The translations under genes and the position numbers were made by a program. The notes under the pieces were generated by a model. That model was not told the DNA's origin. It made no database searches and worked only from the letters and a program-made list of their open reading frames with translations. From Octopus sinensis (taxonomy: Eukaryota), in contig NC_042999.1 of NCBI RefSeq assembly GCF_006345805.1, positions 111,786,001 to 111,850,000 on the forward strand: 64,000 nucleotides of DNA, written 5' to 3'. Every line of letters begins with the position of its first letter. Within the stretch, counting starts at the first letter, position 1. Shown one piece after another: positions 13,767-28,114 of the stretch.

Positions 13767-13772
<6 letters not shown>
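13382..13772. repeat. Near-perfect ~190-bp foldback inverted repeat
   Basis: Arms 13382-13570 and 13583-13772 with a 12-nt spacer and about four differences. Each arm carries GAAACAATTGTC, the 3' half of an HHR. Confidence 0.95.
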
Positions 13773-13859
<87 letters not shown>

Positions 13860-13979
13860 TGAGAGAGAGAGAGAGAGTGAGAGAGAGAGAGAAAATAACG
13901 AGGCGGCTATAAGCAATATGAAACCAAACAGGAATACTTCAATTATCACTAATTGTGACTGACGGTGCAGGGTAGCAAC

Positions 13980-14435
13980 TACATCGCAAGAAATTGGAGT
14001 TAAAAACCCTCTTAGGCGCAAAGAAGCACATGCCTATTTACTGACAGGGGAGTTAACCACCCCACGGCGAGCAAGCTTACCATACTAGAATTTTAGCTTC
14101 ACTTGAAATTAAAGTTCTTCAGTGGTGACTACTCCGTCGGTGAATAGTTTGCCTAAATCTCGACTGCCAGTATATAATATTTATCATATGAATCAATGGC
14201 TGATCCAACAAAATGGCATGTGAAAATCATAGAATAACGAAGGCGGTTATGCATATATGTATACTTTCCATGTTCATATTTTAATTTTGCGTTTCAATAA
14301 TTTTTCGTTGCTCTTATTCACACTCGAATTTGATGGACAAATAACGGTATGCAAGCCGACACAACAAATTTCTAGTGCAACTTTTTTACTGATGTACCTG
14401 AGACACAGAACGACGGGTCGAAACATGTGTCGTAC
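13980..14435 (+). mobile_element. Possible Penelope-like 3' remnant ending in a degenerate HHR
   Basis: Broken peptides YIA..., RRKEAH and RILASLEIK, followed by GTAC-CTGAGAC...GTC-GAAACATGTGTC-GTAC at 14394-14435. Confidence 0.35.
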
Positions 14436-14489
14436 TTATTAGTCTAATACACATTTCATCCCCTATTTTATTAATACTATTATATATAT

Positions 14490-14965
14490 ATTCTTTTACT
14501 AGTTTCAGTCATTTGACTGCGGCTATGCTGGAGCACCGCCTTTACTCGAGCAAATCGACACAAGGACTTATTCTATGTAAGCCTACTACTTATTCTATCG
14601 GTATCTTTTGCCGAACCACTACGCTACGGGGACGTAAGCACACCACCATCGGTTGTCAAGCGATGTTGGAGGGACAAATATACACACACACACACACACG
14701 CACATACGCACACACCACACTATATATATATATATAATATATAATATATATATATAATATATATTATATATATATATACACATATATATATATATATTAT
14801 ATATATATATTATAGATATATATATATAACGACAGGCTTCTTTCGTTTCCGTCTATCGAATCCACTCACAAGACTTTGATCGGCCCGAGGCTATAGTAGA
14901 GGACTCTTGCCCAGAATGCTACGCAGTGGAACTGAACCTGGAACCATGTGGTTGGTAAGCAAGCT
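14490..14965 (-). mobile_element. SINE family A with expanded internal (TA)n
   Basis: Tail at 14490-14670, microsatellite, then head at 14830-14965. Confidence 0.8.
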
Positions 14966-14971
14966 ACTTAC

Positions 14972-15295
14972 AGCTTGCTTAACAACGACTTGGTTCCCGG
15001 TTCTGTCCCATGCGTGGCTCCTTGGGCAAGTGTCTTCTACTATAGCCCCGGCCGACCAAAACCTTGTGAATGGATTCGGTAGACGGAAACTGAAAGAAAC
15101 CCGTCGTATACACATACACACACTTATATATATATTCTGTGTGTTTCAGTGTTTGTCCCCCACCATCGCTTGACGACCGATTTTGGTGTGTTTACGTCTC
15201 CCGTAAATTAACGGATCGGCAAAAGAGACCGATAGAATAAGTACTAAGCTTACAAATAAGTCCTGGGGTCAGTTTGTTCGACTAAAGGCTAAAGA
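14972..15295 (+). mobile_element. SINE family A, fused head-to-head with the previous copy
   Basis: Junction aagcaagct-acttac-agcttgctt; both copies lack the A-box end of the head. Confidence 0.8.
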
Positions 15296-16764
15296 ATTTT
15301 TGGGGAGGGGGCCAGTCGATTAGATCAACCCCAGTACTCAACTGGTACTTTATTTATCGACCCCGAAAGGATTGCTAGATATTAAATCGGTGAAGGAATT
15401 TATCTGAGCGTTGTTCTCTCCAGATTCAAAAGAAAAAAGAAAGAGCCAAATTTACCTTGAACCACCCCATATCATCTTTAAAAAGAGAGAGATGGGAAGA
15501 ACACATTTACCATTGTATTCCTAGATGTACACGATAATCTCGACTGGAACGCCCTTATTAGTAGTATATGATTTAAGAGAGATTTTGTTGCTGTTTCTAG
15601 CATATCAAGCGATCGCATAGATTCCCTTTATAAACGAGTACTTTCTGTATTCGCTACCTTTGGAAAATTGCTTCAGATTCGTTCAGATTTGATTGACAAA
15701 ACGTTGTCTGTTCATGGTACATCTAATGAAAATTAGATCGATATGCCCTGCCTTTATTTCTCATAGGTAAACAAAATAATATTTCAGGTGTATTTCTCTA
15801 TCATGGTGCAAATGAAAACATAATCTTAGAACTAGCATTTTGCTCTACTTTCTTATCGTTATGTATCTGTCCTACAGCTTTCAGGACAAGAAATCATAAA
15901 CATTGTTATGGCTGTCCCCGCTGATCAGTTCCAAGTTGGCCTTGAACAAATGCACATTCGACCGAAATGAAAATGCATAACAAACATATACAACTACGTA
16001 GATGTAGCATACACATAAATCTTTATTGCACTTGGAGATCTTAGAAATTAACAAAAAGTCTCAGAGATTTTATTTTGCATTTAAGGAAAAATTACAATGA
16101 AATATTTTGCCTGTATTTCATAAAATATAATATGTTTCTCAGGAAAATATCTTCACCAGAGAACTACTTTTCCTACATATGAAGATGTCCCCTAAGAGCT
16201 GGTGCTTGACTTCATTTTCTCAAGGTTATATAAATGAAAGCTAAATCCCTCCCTGGGTAGGACGTTATTCTATTTCTGTTAACAATCCAAAATTATCTGC
16301 TGCTTATTTTCTATAACTGGGTGAACTGGGGCGTGTAAAAATAAGTGTACCACTTAAATACACAAAGAAACGCCTGCAGTGGATTTAATCTCAAGAATTA
16401 TGAGTTGGTAATCCAATATCATATTACACAGACATTTCGGTTTTAATATATCTCCCAGGGACTTTAGAGAGCATTTTTAAATAATTTCAAACCTCATAGA
16501 AAGTTAACATTATGAGGTTAACTGCTGAATGTATGCATTATGTTTTCCATATAAATGTGATCTTGTCAATATTTTATCCCACATTGACGTAACTTTGCGG
16601 CTTCTTTACTTTTACTTTATACACCTGTCGTAAGAACTCATCCAGGGCCATCATTTGTTTCTAGGTTTGCGCACACACACACGTACAGACGGGGACACAC
16701 ACACAAATATATATATGCATATGTGTGTGTGTGTGGTGTGTGTGTGTGTGTGTGTGTGTATTTA

Positions 16765-17170
16765 GGTGCAGGCGTGACTGTGTGGTAAGAAGCTTGCTTC
16801 CCAACCACATAGTTCCAGGTTCAGTCCCACTGCATGGCACCTTCGGTTAGTGTCGCCTACTATAGGCTCGGGCCGACCAAAGCCTTGTCAGTGGATTTGG
16901 TGGCCGGAAACTGAAAGAAGCCTGTCGTAAGTGCGTGTGTGTGTATGTGTGTGTGTGTGTGTTTGTCCACTCCACTCCCGATTACTTGACAACCGATGTT
17001 GGCGTGTTTACGTCCCCGTAACCTAGCGGTTCATCAGAAGAAACCGATAGAATAAGTACCAGGCTTAGAAAGAATAAGTTCAGGAGTCGATTTCTTCTAC
17101 TAAATGGCGGTGTTGAAGCATGGCCCCAATCAAATGACAGAAACAAGTAAAAGAATATAAAAGAATAAAA
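16765..17170 (+). mobile_element. SINE family A, full length
   Basis: Head ggtgcaggcgtgactgtgtggtaagaagc through to the tail aaagaatataaaagaat. Confidence 0.85.
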
Positions 17171-17177
17171 GAATATA

Positions 17178-17535
17178 TAGACGCAGGAGTGGGTATGTGG
17201 TAAGAAGCTTGCTTCCCAACCACATGGTTCCGGGATCAGTCCCACTGCGTGTCACTTTGGGCAAGAGCCTTCTGCTATAGCCTCGGGGCGACCAAAGCCT
17301 TGTAAGTGAATTTGGTAGACGGAAACTAAGAGAAGCCCGTCGTATATATATATATATATATATATATGATATATAATATATATATATAATAAATGTATGT
17401 CGTATGTATGTATTTGCTTGACAACCGATGTGTGTGTGTTTACGTCCACATATCTAGTGATTCGGCAAAAGAAATAGATAGAATAGGTATTGGACTTACA
17501 AAGAATAAGTCTTGGAGTCGATGTGTTCGACTGAA
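17178..17535 (+). mobile_element. SINE family A, tandem second copy truncated at its 3' end
   Basis: A second head follows the first tail immediately. Confidence 0.8.
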
Positions 17536-17962
17536 GGTCGACCCCTGGCCTCTCGAGGAAACTAGACGATGACTGTGTAGAAGAGTCGGATGGTCTGCAT
17601 ACATAATTCGAAGATGCAAACCTTGTAACAACTCGCGATGCTACTGTGCGTGTTCGTGCGATCAAACAGGTGACCGAACTACTTGATGTAATTTATGACC
17701 GGAGATTGCATCGCGTATACAATTATATACACAACATATATACATATGCATTTGTCACTCTGTTCTTGAAAAGGGATGCCTAACATACTTTAACCATTTC
17801 ACCAAAACTTGTTGCTTGATCGAAAATCTATAAACATGCATATATTACTTGTGAGTTTATTTATTACGTAAGCTATAACCTTCTTGAAACAGCTGCCGAG
17901 ATAAGACATTACATAGTTATCATTTTCTCTTTTCTCAAACCTAACACTGCTTACTTTACTAC

Positions 17963-17995
<33 letters not shown>

Positions 17996-19265
17996 TGTAT
18001 GTATGTATGTATGTATATATGTATGTATATATGTATGTATTTATGTATGTATGTATGCATGCATGTGGGTGTGTTTTTATGTATGGTGTGTACGTGTGCT
18101 GTATGTGTGTGTGTGCGTTTGTGTGTGGTGTGAGTGTGTGTGTGAGTGCATGTATTTATGAACATGTAGATCTATTAGTCCATCGCGTGCCTATGTGTGT
18201 GAGTGTGTGCGCACGCCCGTGTGTATCAATTCGAGTGTATCTCGAGTACTTGTTTAGAACTAGTAATAATGTTACAAGAACTGAATTTTTTAACCCCGTA
18301 CATATATCTATGTTAGGCGCGCACACGCACACATTCACCATTCAAAGGCATATATTCATGTGTTTTATGAATGTGTGAACGTGTATGTATACCCATCTCT
18401 CTCTCCCTCTCTCTCTATCCTCTCCTTCTGTATGTGTGTATGTATATACACACACACATTAATACCCAAACATAGATATGTATGTGTTGATATGAAATCT
18501 TTTCATGTCTTTCTTTTCAAACACGCACACACACAAACACACATGTACACACACATTTACAAATACACGCATAGATATATTTGTACAAAGGAATCTATTT
18601 AATTTTCTATGTCACTCAACCATCGAAACATACATACATACATACATACATACATACATACATACATACATACATACATACATACATACATACATACATA
18701 CATACATACATACATACATACAAACATACATATAAAATACATATACATATACACGATCTCACACATCTACTTCTAAGTATGTCTGTATGTTTCGCTGTAT
18801 ATGTATGACTTATAATTTGGCGCTACACACTTCCAAGCATATATACCCATTTAAGGCGCTTAACTCCTTAAACTGTCAAAAGAGCCGTTTTTTTCTGACA
18901 TCTGTTATAAATAGATGTTAATATAACATTGCAGGATACAGTGTTGATCAGCGTGAAATCTTGTGAAACATTTCATTTTTCACTTATGGTTATATTTTCA
19001 CACACGCACGAGAGCACACACACACACACACACACACACACGTACACACGCACGTACACACGCACGTACACACGCACAAACACACACGCACACACGTGTG
19101 AATATGAGTGTAAAGTCGCTCCCATACGCACATGCATATACATATAGACACATATATAAACAAATATATATGAATGTACTCATATATACTTACATGTATA
19201 TACAGATACAGATGTATATGTACTATAAGTATATACATATATATATAATACGAATACGTATACTC

Positions 19266-19300
<35 letters not shown>

Positions 19301-19934
19301 TACGCTTTCATATATAGATAGATAGATATACATACATTTATATATGTATATATGATAGATATAAATATATATATATATATATATATGATAGATACATGCC
19401 ACATACACACACATGTGTGTACATGTGTGTGTTTGTGTGTGTGTGAGTATGTGTGTGTGTGTGTGTGTGTGATTCCTTTTGTAAAGATATACACACACAA
19501 ATACAGAAACAAACATACAGAAACGCGCAGATACATACACACATATATAATATATACTACTTTCATCCAACTCCCTGCACATTTTTCATGCATCTATACA
19601 CATCACATGACACCTTCCAACACTATATATTTATTGTATATGTATATAAATATATATATATATATAGATATATATATATATTATATATATATGTATAATA
19701 CACATATACATATATACATACATAAGATGTATAAATATATATATACATGTATATATATTTATATATATGTTATATATATATGTGCATACATATATATGGT
19801 GCATATACTATTGCAATGAACAACGTGTAAAGGGAAATATCTGCATGAATTCCTGTATATATAACTTGTATATATATACATAGCTATATTTTATTATAAA
19901 TATCAGTCAACTGTAGTCCGTCTCCATCTGCTCT

Positions 19935-19980
<46 letters not shown>

Positions 19981-20449
19981 CGACGACGACGACGACGACG
20001 ACGACAACGACGATGATAGATAATGATATTAGTTATAACGCTATTGTCATCGTGCTTTTGCCATCTAAGCTCATTTGGATTTTTCCTTGATGGAGATTAT
20101 AATTACTTACAATCACAAATACAAACAATGATAATAGGTGTAATTAAAATGAGGATGAGGATGATGATGATGATGATGATGATGAAGATGACGACGACGA
20201 CGATATTGATGGTGTTCAATAATTAGAGCAATAATAATGTGAATATATATGTATACATACATATATATTCACAATGCATACATATATATCTTTATTCATA
20301 TGTATATACGAGTATATGTTATTTGTACATGGGTTTGTATGCATATATATGTTATTTACATATGTTTATGCACATATGTATATATATGTATGTATGTATC
20401 TATATATATGTGTGTGTATATGTATATATGTATGTATATGTTTATGTGT

Positions 20450-20655
20450 CAGTGTTTGTCCCCCGCGCCACCATCGATTGACAGCCGATGTTGGTTCTTT
20501 TATGTACCTGTAACAGTGGCTCAGCAAAAAGAGACCGATAGAATAAGTACTAGGCTTACAAAGAATAAGTCCTGGGGGTCGATTTGTTCAACTAAAGGCG
20601 GTGCTCTAGCATGGCCGCAGTCAAATGACTGAAACAAATAAAAGAATAAAAAAGT
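20450..20655 (+). mobile_element. SINE family A, 3' half
   Basis: gtttgtccccc...gaataagtactaggcttacaaag...gcatggccgcagtcaaatgactgaaac. Confidence 0.8.
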
Positions 20656-21382
20656 AATATGTGTATATATATATATATATACACATACTTACACAGAACA
20701 CACGTTCGTGCATACACACAGGGCTGTTGTTTTTCTGCATGAAAATAACTAAATAGCTGAACTACATCAAAGTGTGAAGAAAGCGAAGGATTCTGCTTCA
20801 AATATAAACAAACGAATAAATATGTCTCATTGTAAACCACCAGATTAAAAACTAAATATTTTTAATCTGGCGGTTGTTGTTGTTAGGCTGGTTGTTATGG
20901 ATCCAGTTCTTGTCGACGTTGATTGTAATGGTCTTGTTGTGGCCATGTTGGTGTTGCCGTTGCTGTCACTACTGCTGCTGGTACTGGTACTGCTGTTGCT
21001 GTGGTTGTTGTTGTTATTATTTCTGTCTAAGAATGTAACTAGGACAGCAGAAATTAACATCTGAACACTGCGATCCACTTAAGGATGTGTTAATTTTGTT
21101 TATTCAAACGTATGGTCTGTAGGTTTATGCGTGTTTTTTTTTCCATGTGTGAGTATGTGTTTGTGTATGTCTTAAAAATATACATATACACATACACACA
21201 CATACGAAATATATATATATATATACATGCAAGTACACGCACAAATACATATGTAATTATATGTTTGTGTGTGTTAATGGTTGGATGCAAGCGTATTCAT
21301 ATAGCAGGCTGTCTGCATCTGAAGATATATACGGATGGGTGAGTAGCCATGTTCCCATGTGAATGGTTGCGCATCCTACATA

Positions 21383-21485
<103 letters not shown>

Positions 21486-21654
21486 AATGCATGTGTGCAT
21501 GTGTCTGCGTCTTGGGATGTAGTATTTTCTGAGCAACGCATTGGAACTTATACATATGCAGCAACTACGAACAAAAATTAAGAATAAATAGTCAGCGGAA
21601 GCCGGTTATTATAATCGCATATGATGATAACAAAATTAGATTCCAAACTTATTG

Positions 21655-21891
21655 TTATATCTTCTGCTTAATGCTTTCAAGCGGATTTTGTGACGAAAAT
21701 GCCTCCGTTTCAAATCGATCAATATTTGCATCTTTCACTGCGCTTTCTTTTATTCGTTTCGTTATTAGTTTCGGATATTGAACTTCGGACATGCCGGACC
21801 AGTGATTTCTGGATATCCACCGCACTTCACATTTTGCCGGCTGGTACTTATTGTATCTGTCTTGAAAGTGGATATACAAAGGATTTGAATT
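21655..21891 (-). CDS. Candidate terminal coding exon, product unknown
   Basis: Acceptor ttttgttttccattcag followed by 78 open codons (NSNPLYIHFQDRY...SIKQKI) and TAA, in non-repetitive CpG-rich sequence. No homology recognised. Confidence 0.25.
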   Translation of the reverse strand, partial: NSNPLYIHFQDRYNKYQPAKCEVRWISRNHWSGMSEVQYPKLITKRIKESAVKDANIDRFETEAFSSQNPLESIKQKI

Positions 21892-22879
21892 CTGAATGGA
21901 AAACAAAATGATTCCAAATACTGAGTTTTTTGCAGGAGTGGGGCCGATCATTTTATAGTGCCTTCCATTTTACCAGTTTCGACTTATTAGCGTATGTGCT
22001 CAGCTCGTTCTCATACACATAAAAATCTGCATGCCCCTAGATATTTATAAAGTAAAAGCAATGGAGCTCATCGATTTCGACTGTGAAAGTTATACTGTTG
22101 GGTCACTGGAGTTCACCCATCATGTTCGTCCGCTGGAGAAACGAAGACGTTCGAGTTATTCTTAAGCCTGATTGATGATTTGCGCAGTGACTTAGTTTAA
22201 AGTAAAGAAGAGTTGGACAGCGTCAACCTCACTTCTTGTCCGTAACCATCTTCAGTCCAATGACAAGACGAAGTCAAGACAATTTGGGATACAGACGGAT
22301 GAAGTGGATGGCAAAGATGCCTTATTTAGCTCATCTTGCTCTTTGTACTACACAATGAGTAACTGTAGCCACCATCTTCTCCGTTGAATCATGAAATGTT
22401 CTTTAGCCGTGTCCATCGAAACCAGTCTTCATATGCATAGACAGGCAAGTCCTAATGTGCTAATTAACTCATAGCTGGAGCCTTGAGAGGTGCTGCTACT
22501 CCAGATCAGAATAGACCTGGGAACAGCAATGGCTAAGAGCTGATTCCACTCTCCTCAAAATACTAGAACACACGAATCAGGGTCCGACAATTGGACGCTG
22601 GTTAAAGTCATACCCAGGTCACTGTTAGAGTGTGTCAGAGGTAGAGCATTCAGCAGACACGTACTATTCACGTAATTTTGAAACAGAATCAGCGTATCAT
22701 AGTGTATGACAAGGCTATGCTTTTTAATTACAGTACTATCCAACCGACGGGATTCCGTACAATTTTCATCATTTTGTTTGTTCAAAACATAACGCAGTCG
22801 ATTGAACCCGAGTTCACATGATTGCAAAGCAAACTTCTTTAACATTTGGCCATGCTATGTCCATGTGTGTATGTATTCT

Positions 22880-23112
22880 TTAATTCTTTTACTTGTTTCA
22901 GTCATTTGACTGCGGTCATGCTGGAGTTCTACCTTGAATTTTTTAGTCGAATCAATCGACCCCAGTACTTATTTTTTTAAAGCCTGGTACTTATTCTATC
23001 GATCTCTTTTGCTCAGCCCGAGGCTATAGTAGAAGACACTTGCGCAAAGTGCCACACAGTGGGACTGAACCTGGAACCATGTGGTTTGGAAACAAGCATC
23101 TTACCTCACAAA
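22880..23112 (-). mobile_element. SINE family A with internal deletion
   Basis: Tail is joined directly to the head at ctcttttgc|tcagcccgagg. Confidence 0.75.
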
Positions 23113-24410
23113 CACGATATAAAGTAAATTCAAACGTAAAGCACTGTAAACATATTCTCGTCTTTATATTCATAAATTCTTACATAGCCCATCTGGTTTA
23201 TGAGTTCCTTTAATGGAGTTTACACTGTTGCTTCCATGAAGCCATGTCTCCGGTATGAAGATGATACTCCTCCGCTAGTCTCAGAAGCTTCGAAGAAACG
23301 GCCATATGCACTGGTCATCCTTAACTTTCGAATAAAAATAATTGTATGATTTCATGATGTATGCATACATAAAGACATACGTACACGAACACCTATGCAC
23401 ACACACAAGATCGCATCTCAATACCTACAGGGAGCTAATATGTTTAGTTCGAGACTAAATTGTTATTCAAAAGGCAAAAACGCAGATGTTTTCATTTTTT
23501 AGAAGTCATTTCAAATACAAAGCCAGTTCAAATACATGATGTCACAAACTGCTCAATTCAAATACATGACGTCACAAACTGCATTCGACGCTCAGATTTG
23601 TTTTTGCATTGACAAGTCGGTGAGCGCTGCAGAACAACGCTGACGCAGCCAAGTGATTAAAAGTTTGTTTCAGAATTGCCTGGTTTGAGGTTCGTTCACA
23701 CAGCAAACATTGTGAAGGCAACTGGGTAAGCAGATGCTGCACGGATGTCAGTCAAAACGACTGTACCGCTTCTTGGAGAAGATATATAATTTATCGCCCA
23801 ATTAAATGCCACCCCATTGATAATGTCTTTGCAAAAATATAAGATCATACAATTCTATTTGTCTTTATGCTTAGTTGAATAGAAACGAATTTGTATCAGT
23901 AACTATCATTTAAGAAAGCCATAACCAGTATTTGCACAAGGAAAAATGTACGTTGCATATCGAACAATCATCTGAATAAAAAGGCAATGTACTCGAGAGA
24001 ATAAAAATGGCTTGAAAAAAATTTATGGTGTGTTAAATATACAAAATAGACTAAAATAAAGAAGTTTAAAAAATAAGCAATCTGATGTTTTCAAGCAAAA
24101 ATTATAACTGCTGCTACTTTTCAATAATTATTATAAAATATTTTATTTCAAGAATGTTTTACATTGCCTTCTTTCTCTGTCAATTTGTGTCTTTATTTCT
24201 TCTCATCCATAGAATCTCACATACTTCGCAATGCCTTGGGAGTGGTGGAGTGCGTAAATGTGCATGTATGTGTTTACGTGGGCATGTATTTCTCGGTATT
24301 TTTTTGTATACACGCTCATAATAGTATATTTGTGTGCTTATATGGATACATATACTGTTGACATAATATGACATTTCAAAATATTGGGATAAAAGAAGGC
24401 AAGCATAGAC

Positions 24411-24510
<100 letters not shown>

Positions 24511-24936
24511 CGTAATGCCACCTTCAGTTGAAATTATAAGTCATTAGCTGTTAAAACTATTCTACAAAGTTTTAGAATAGTAGACGGTGACATCATCTGT
24601 TCACTGTTCTGGTGTTACCCACACATATAATCATACGTTAACACATATATTCTTAGTTGTAGTCGGCAATTACTCAATCCAGCACTATGTACTAGCACCC
24701 TCATTCAGGAGCAGTCAGCAGTCAGTAGCAGAGATTAGTAGATGAATACTGTAAGCGTTGATAGACTCCAATACGAGTTCTGAATCAGCTAATTAGAATG
24801 AACTATGATCATCAGTCACCGGGAAATATATAGAGATTGATAAAGTTTAGACGCAAGGAAAGCCCTGCAACTACGAAACAATCATAGATATATGTTCCTC
24901 GCATCTGCGAAATTTTAAGTAAAACGATTCCAATAC

Positions 24937-24998
<62 letters not shown>

Positions 24999-25089
24999 GA
25001 TACGTAGACAGATACATACATACATATATATACATACATGCATACATACATAAGAGTATTAATGTGTTATGACTTAGTAACATCACAGA

Positions 25090-25957
<868 letters not shown>

Positions 25958-25984
25958 GTTGTTGTTGTTGTTGTTGTTGTTGTT

Positions 25985-26218
25985 ATTTCTCTTTATCACA
26001 AGTTTTGTTGGAGCTCCTAGAGTCTTACAAGCGTAGCCTACGCTACCATGCTATCCACTTTCATCAGCTACCTTATACTTTCCTGATTATTCTGACCGTG
26101 CCAAGCAGGCAAACCTTTTGTGACAGTTCTACTGGGCACTCTATTCCAATTTCCTCAATATTCCCCTTGATGGCTTCTGATACTGTTCCCAAGGACCCAA
26201 AAATAATTGGCACTATCT
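25985..26218 (-). mobile_element. R4/Dong-like 3' end fragment
   Basis: KIVPIIFGSLGTVSEAIKGNIEEIGIECPVELSQKVCLLGTVRIIRKV*, then a 3'UTR and (AAC)n(AAT)n. Confidence 0.8.
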
Positions 26219-26335
26219 TCTTCTTCTTCTTCTTCTTCTTCTTCTTCTTCTCTTCTTCTTCTTCTTCTTCTTTTCTTCTTATTCTTCTTGTTATTATTAT
26301 TATTATTATTATATTATTATTATTATTAATTATTA

Positions 26336-26435
26336 NNNNNNNNNNNNNNNNNNNNNNNNNNNNNNNNNNNNNNNNNNNNNNNNNNNNNNNNNNNNNNNNN
26401 NNNNNNNNNNNNNNNNNNNNNNNNNNNNNNNNNNN
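26336..26435. other. Assembly gap of 100 N
   Basis: Run of N in the sequence. Confidence 1.
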
Positions 26436-26565
26436 GATAAAATTTTTTTCGGGAAAAAAATTTTATCAATGGCCAGCAAATCAAAATACCTTTAAAGGTT
26501 ACATTTATAAATAATTTACAAATTAAGGGCAAAAGAAATTAGAATTTTTCTTTCCCTTATCTTGT

Positions 26566-26638
<73 letters not shown>

Positions 26639-26650
26639 CATACATACATA

Positions 26651-27115
26651 CAGGGTGTCCAAAAAGTTTCGCCCGATTCTTATTTTGAAAATTATTGTAA
26701 GTTTTTCAATTAATTTTATTGTATAAAACAATGATTAATAACTACGAATGAGACAATGATGCAACAGTATTTACTACAAATGATTTCTGCGGACTGTTGA
26801 TTAGATTATCTTCCAACTGCTCACCTTTTTCATCAGATGCTGCAGTAGCGGGTCGTCCAGATCTGGATGCGTCGTTTACAGAGCCCGTTCTTTCGAATTT
26901 GTTAACGAATGACTTGATGTTCCTGCACTGAACCGCATGAATATGAAATACTTCATTGTGGCGTCGACTTGCCTCATCTGCATTTGAACCACAGGGAAAG
27001 TAATGTCGAACAGTATCTTTTCGTTGATTCCGATTCATTCTAAAAGCCGTTTTCCTAGAAGCCTCGAAGACAAACCTGCAATAATAAAAATCGAAAGAAC
27101 TTTGTAGAGACCCTG
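26651..27115 (-). mobile_element. Internally deleted Tc1/mariner element with both TIRs
   Basis: TA|cagggtgtccaaaaagtttc ... gaactttgtagagaccctg|TA. ORF 26742-27038 contains KFERTGSVNDASRSGRP from the N-terminal HTH region. Confidence 0.85.
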
Positions 27116-27121
27116 TATATA

Positions 27122-27154
<33 letters not shown>

Positions 27155-27164
27155 ATTATATATA

Positions 27165-27217
<53 letters not shown>

Positions 27218-27696
27218 ATATATATGTTTGCCTAAAATAGAAAGATGAATAATCTTGTTGCAGATTATCAAAAGTTGGAAAATTTGGAAATTGTGGCTTT
27301 TGAAACATGTGTAGAATGCAATAAATGCAATAAAAGGAATTATTGTATGTATATATATATATATATGTATGTATATATATATATATATAATATGTATATT
27401 ATATATATATATTATATATATATATTATATATATATATATATATATTATATTATATATATATATATGATAGAAATATTAAAATTACTAAGTCTCTCTAAA
27501 AGAGAACAACGGCAGCGTTCCCGGAAAATAATAGTTATCGCCATACTAATATGGCATTCTTATAAAAATAAGAATAAAGCTGTCCGCTTATTAGCTCCAT
27601 GAGGCCATCGCCTTAAGTTAGCTATTTGATACACAAACTGTATCCATATAACCTTCGAACAAGGGAGGTCAGTCGCTCCACACAACTTGACCGGCA

Positions 27697-27738
27697 GCTA
27701 CAGACGCGTTTCGGGGTATTGCCCCTTTTCAATGCAGC
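27697..27738 (-). ncRNA. Type I hammerhead ribozyme motif, U3-A8 variant
   Basis: Exact reverse complement of 27866-27907. Confidence 0.7.
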
Positions 27739-27865
27739 GTAGCCAGACCTGTAGGTGTCGCTTCTGACAATCTCTGTTCGAAGGTTTTCTTTACCTAGTT
27801 CGGTGGAATACATCCACTTGTTTTCAATAATAGAAATATTAAAATATTACTAAGTCTCTCTAAAC

Positions 27866-27907
27866 GCTGCATTGAAAAGGGGCAATACCCCGAAACGCGT
27901 CTGTAGC
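27866..27907 (+). ncRNA. Type I hammerhead ribozyme motif, U3-A8 variant
   Basis: GCTGCA-TTGAAAA-GGGG caata CCCC-GAAA-CGCG-TC-TGTAGC: stem I of 6 bp, stem II of 4 bp, palindromic stem III ACGCGT and a GUC cleavage triplet. Confidence 0.7.
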
Positions 27908-28082
27908 TGCCGGTCAAGTAGTGTGGAGCGACTGACCTCCCTTGTTCGAAGGTTATATGGATACAGTTTGTGTATCAAATAGCTAACTTAAGGCGATGGC
28001 CTCATGGAGCTAATAAGCGGACAGCTTTATTCTTATTTTTATAAGAATGCCATATTAGTATGGCGATAACTATATATATATG

Positions 28083-28114
<32 letters not shown>

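Larger units (their letters stand above)
27531..28073. repeat. 210-bp inverted repeat with a PLE pseudo-LTR-like layout
   Basis: Arms 27531-27740 and 27864-28073 differ at one position. A direct repeat (atagaaatattaaaa..ttactaagtctctctaaa) lies at 27468-27500 and 27830-27864. Confidence 0.9.

Noticed and set aside
23184-23345. Open frame after an AG (PIWFMSSFNGVY...)
   Set aside because: Strand is ambiguous, the donor is weak and the product is not recognisable.
23527-23582. Direct duplication with a 30-bp period; a similar ~26-bp duplication lies at 56355-56410
   Set aside because: Ordinary slippage duplications with no further structure.
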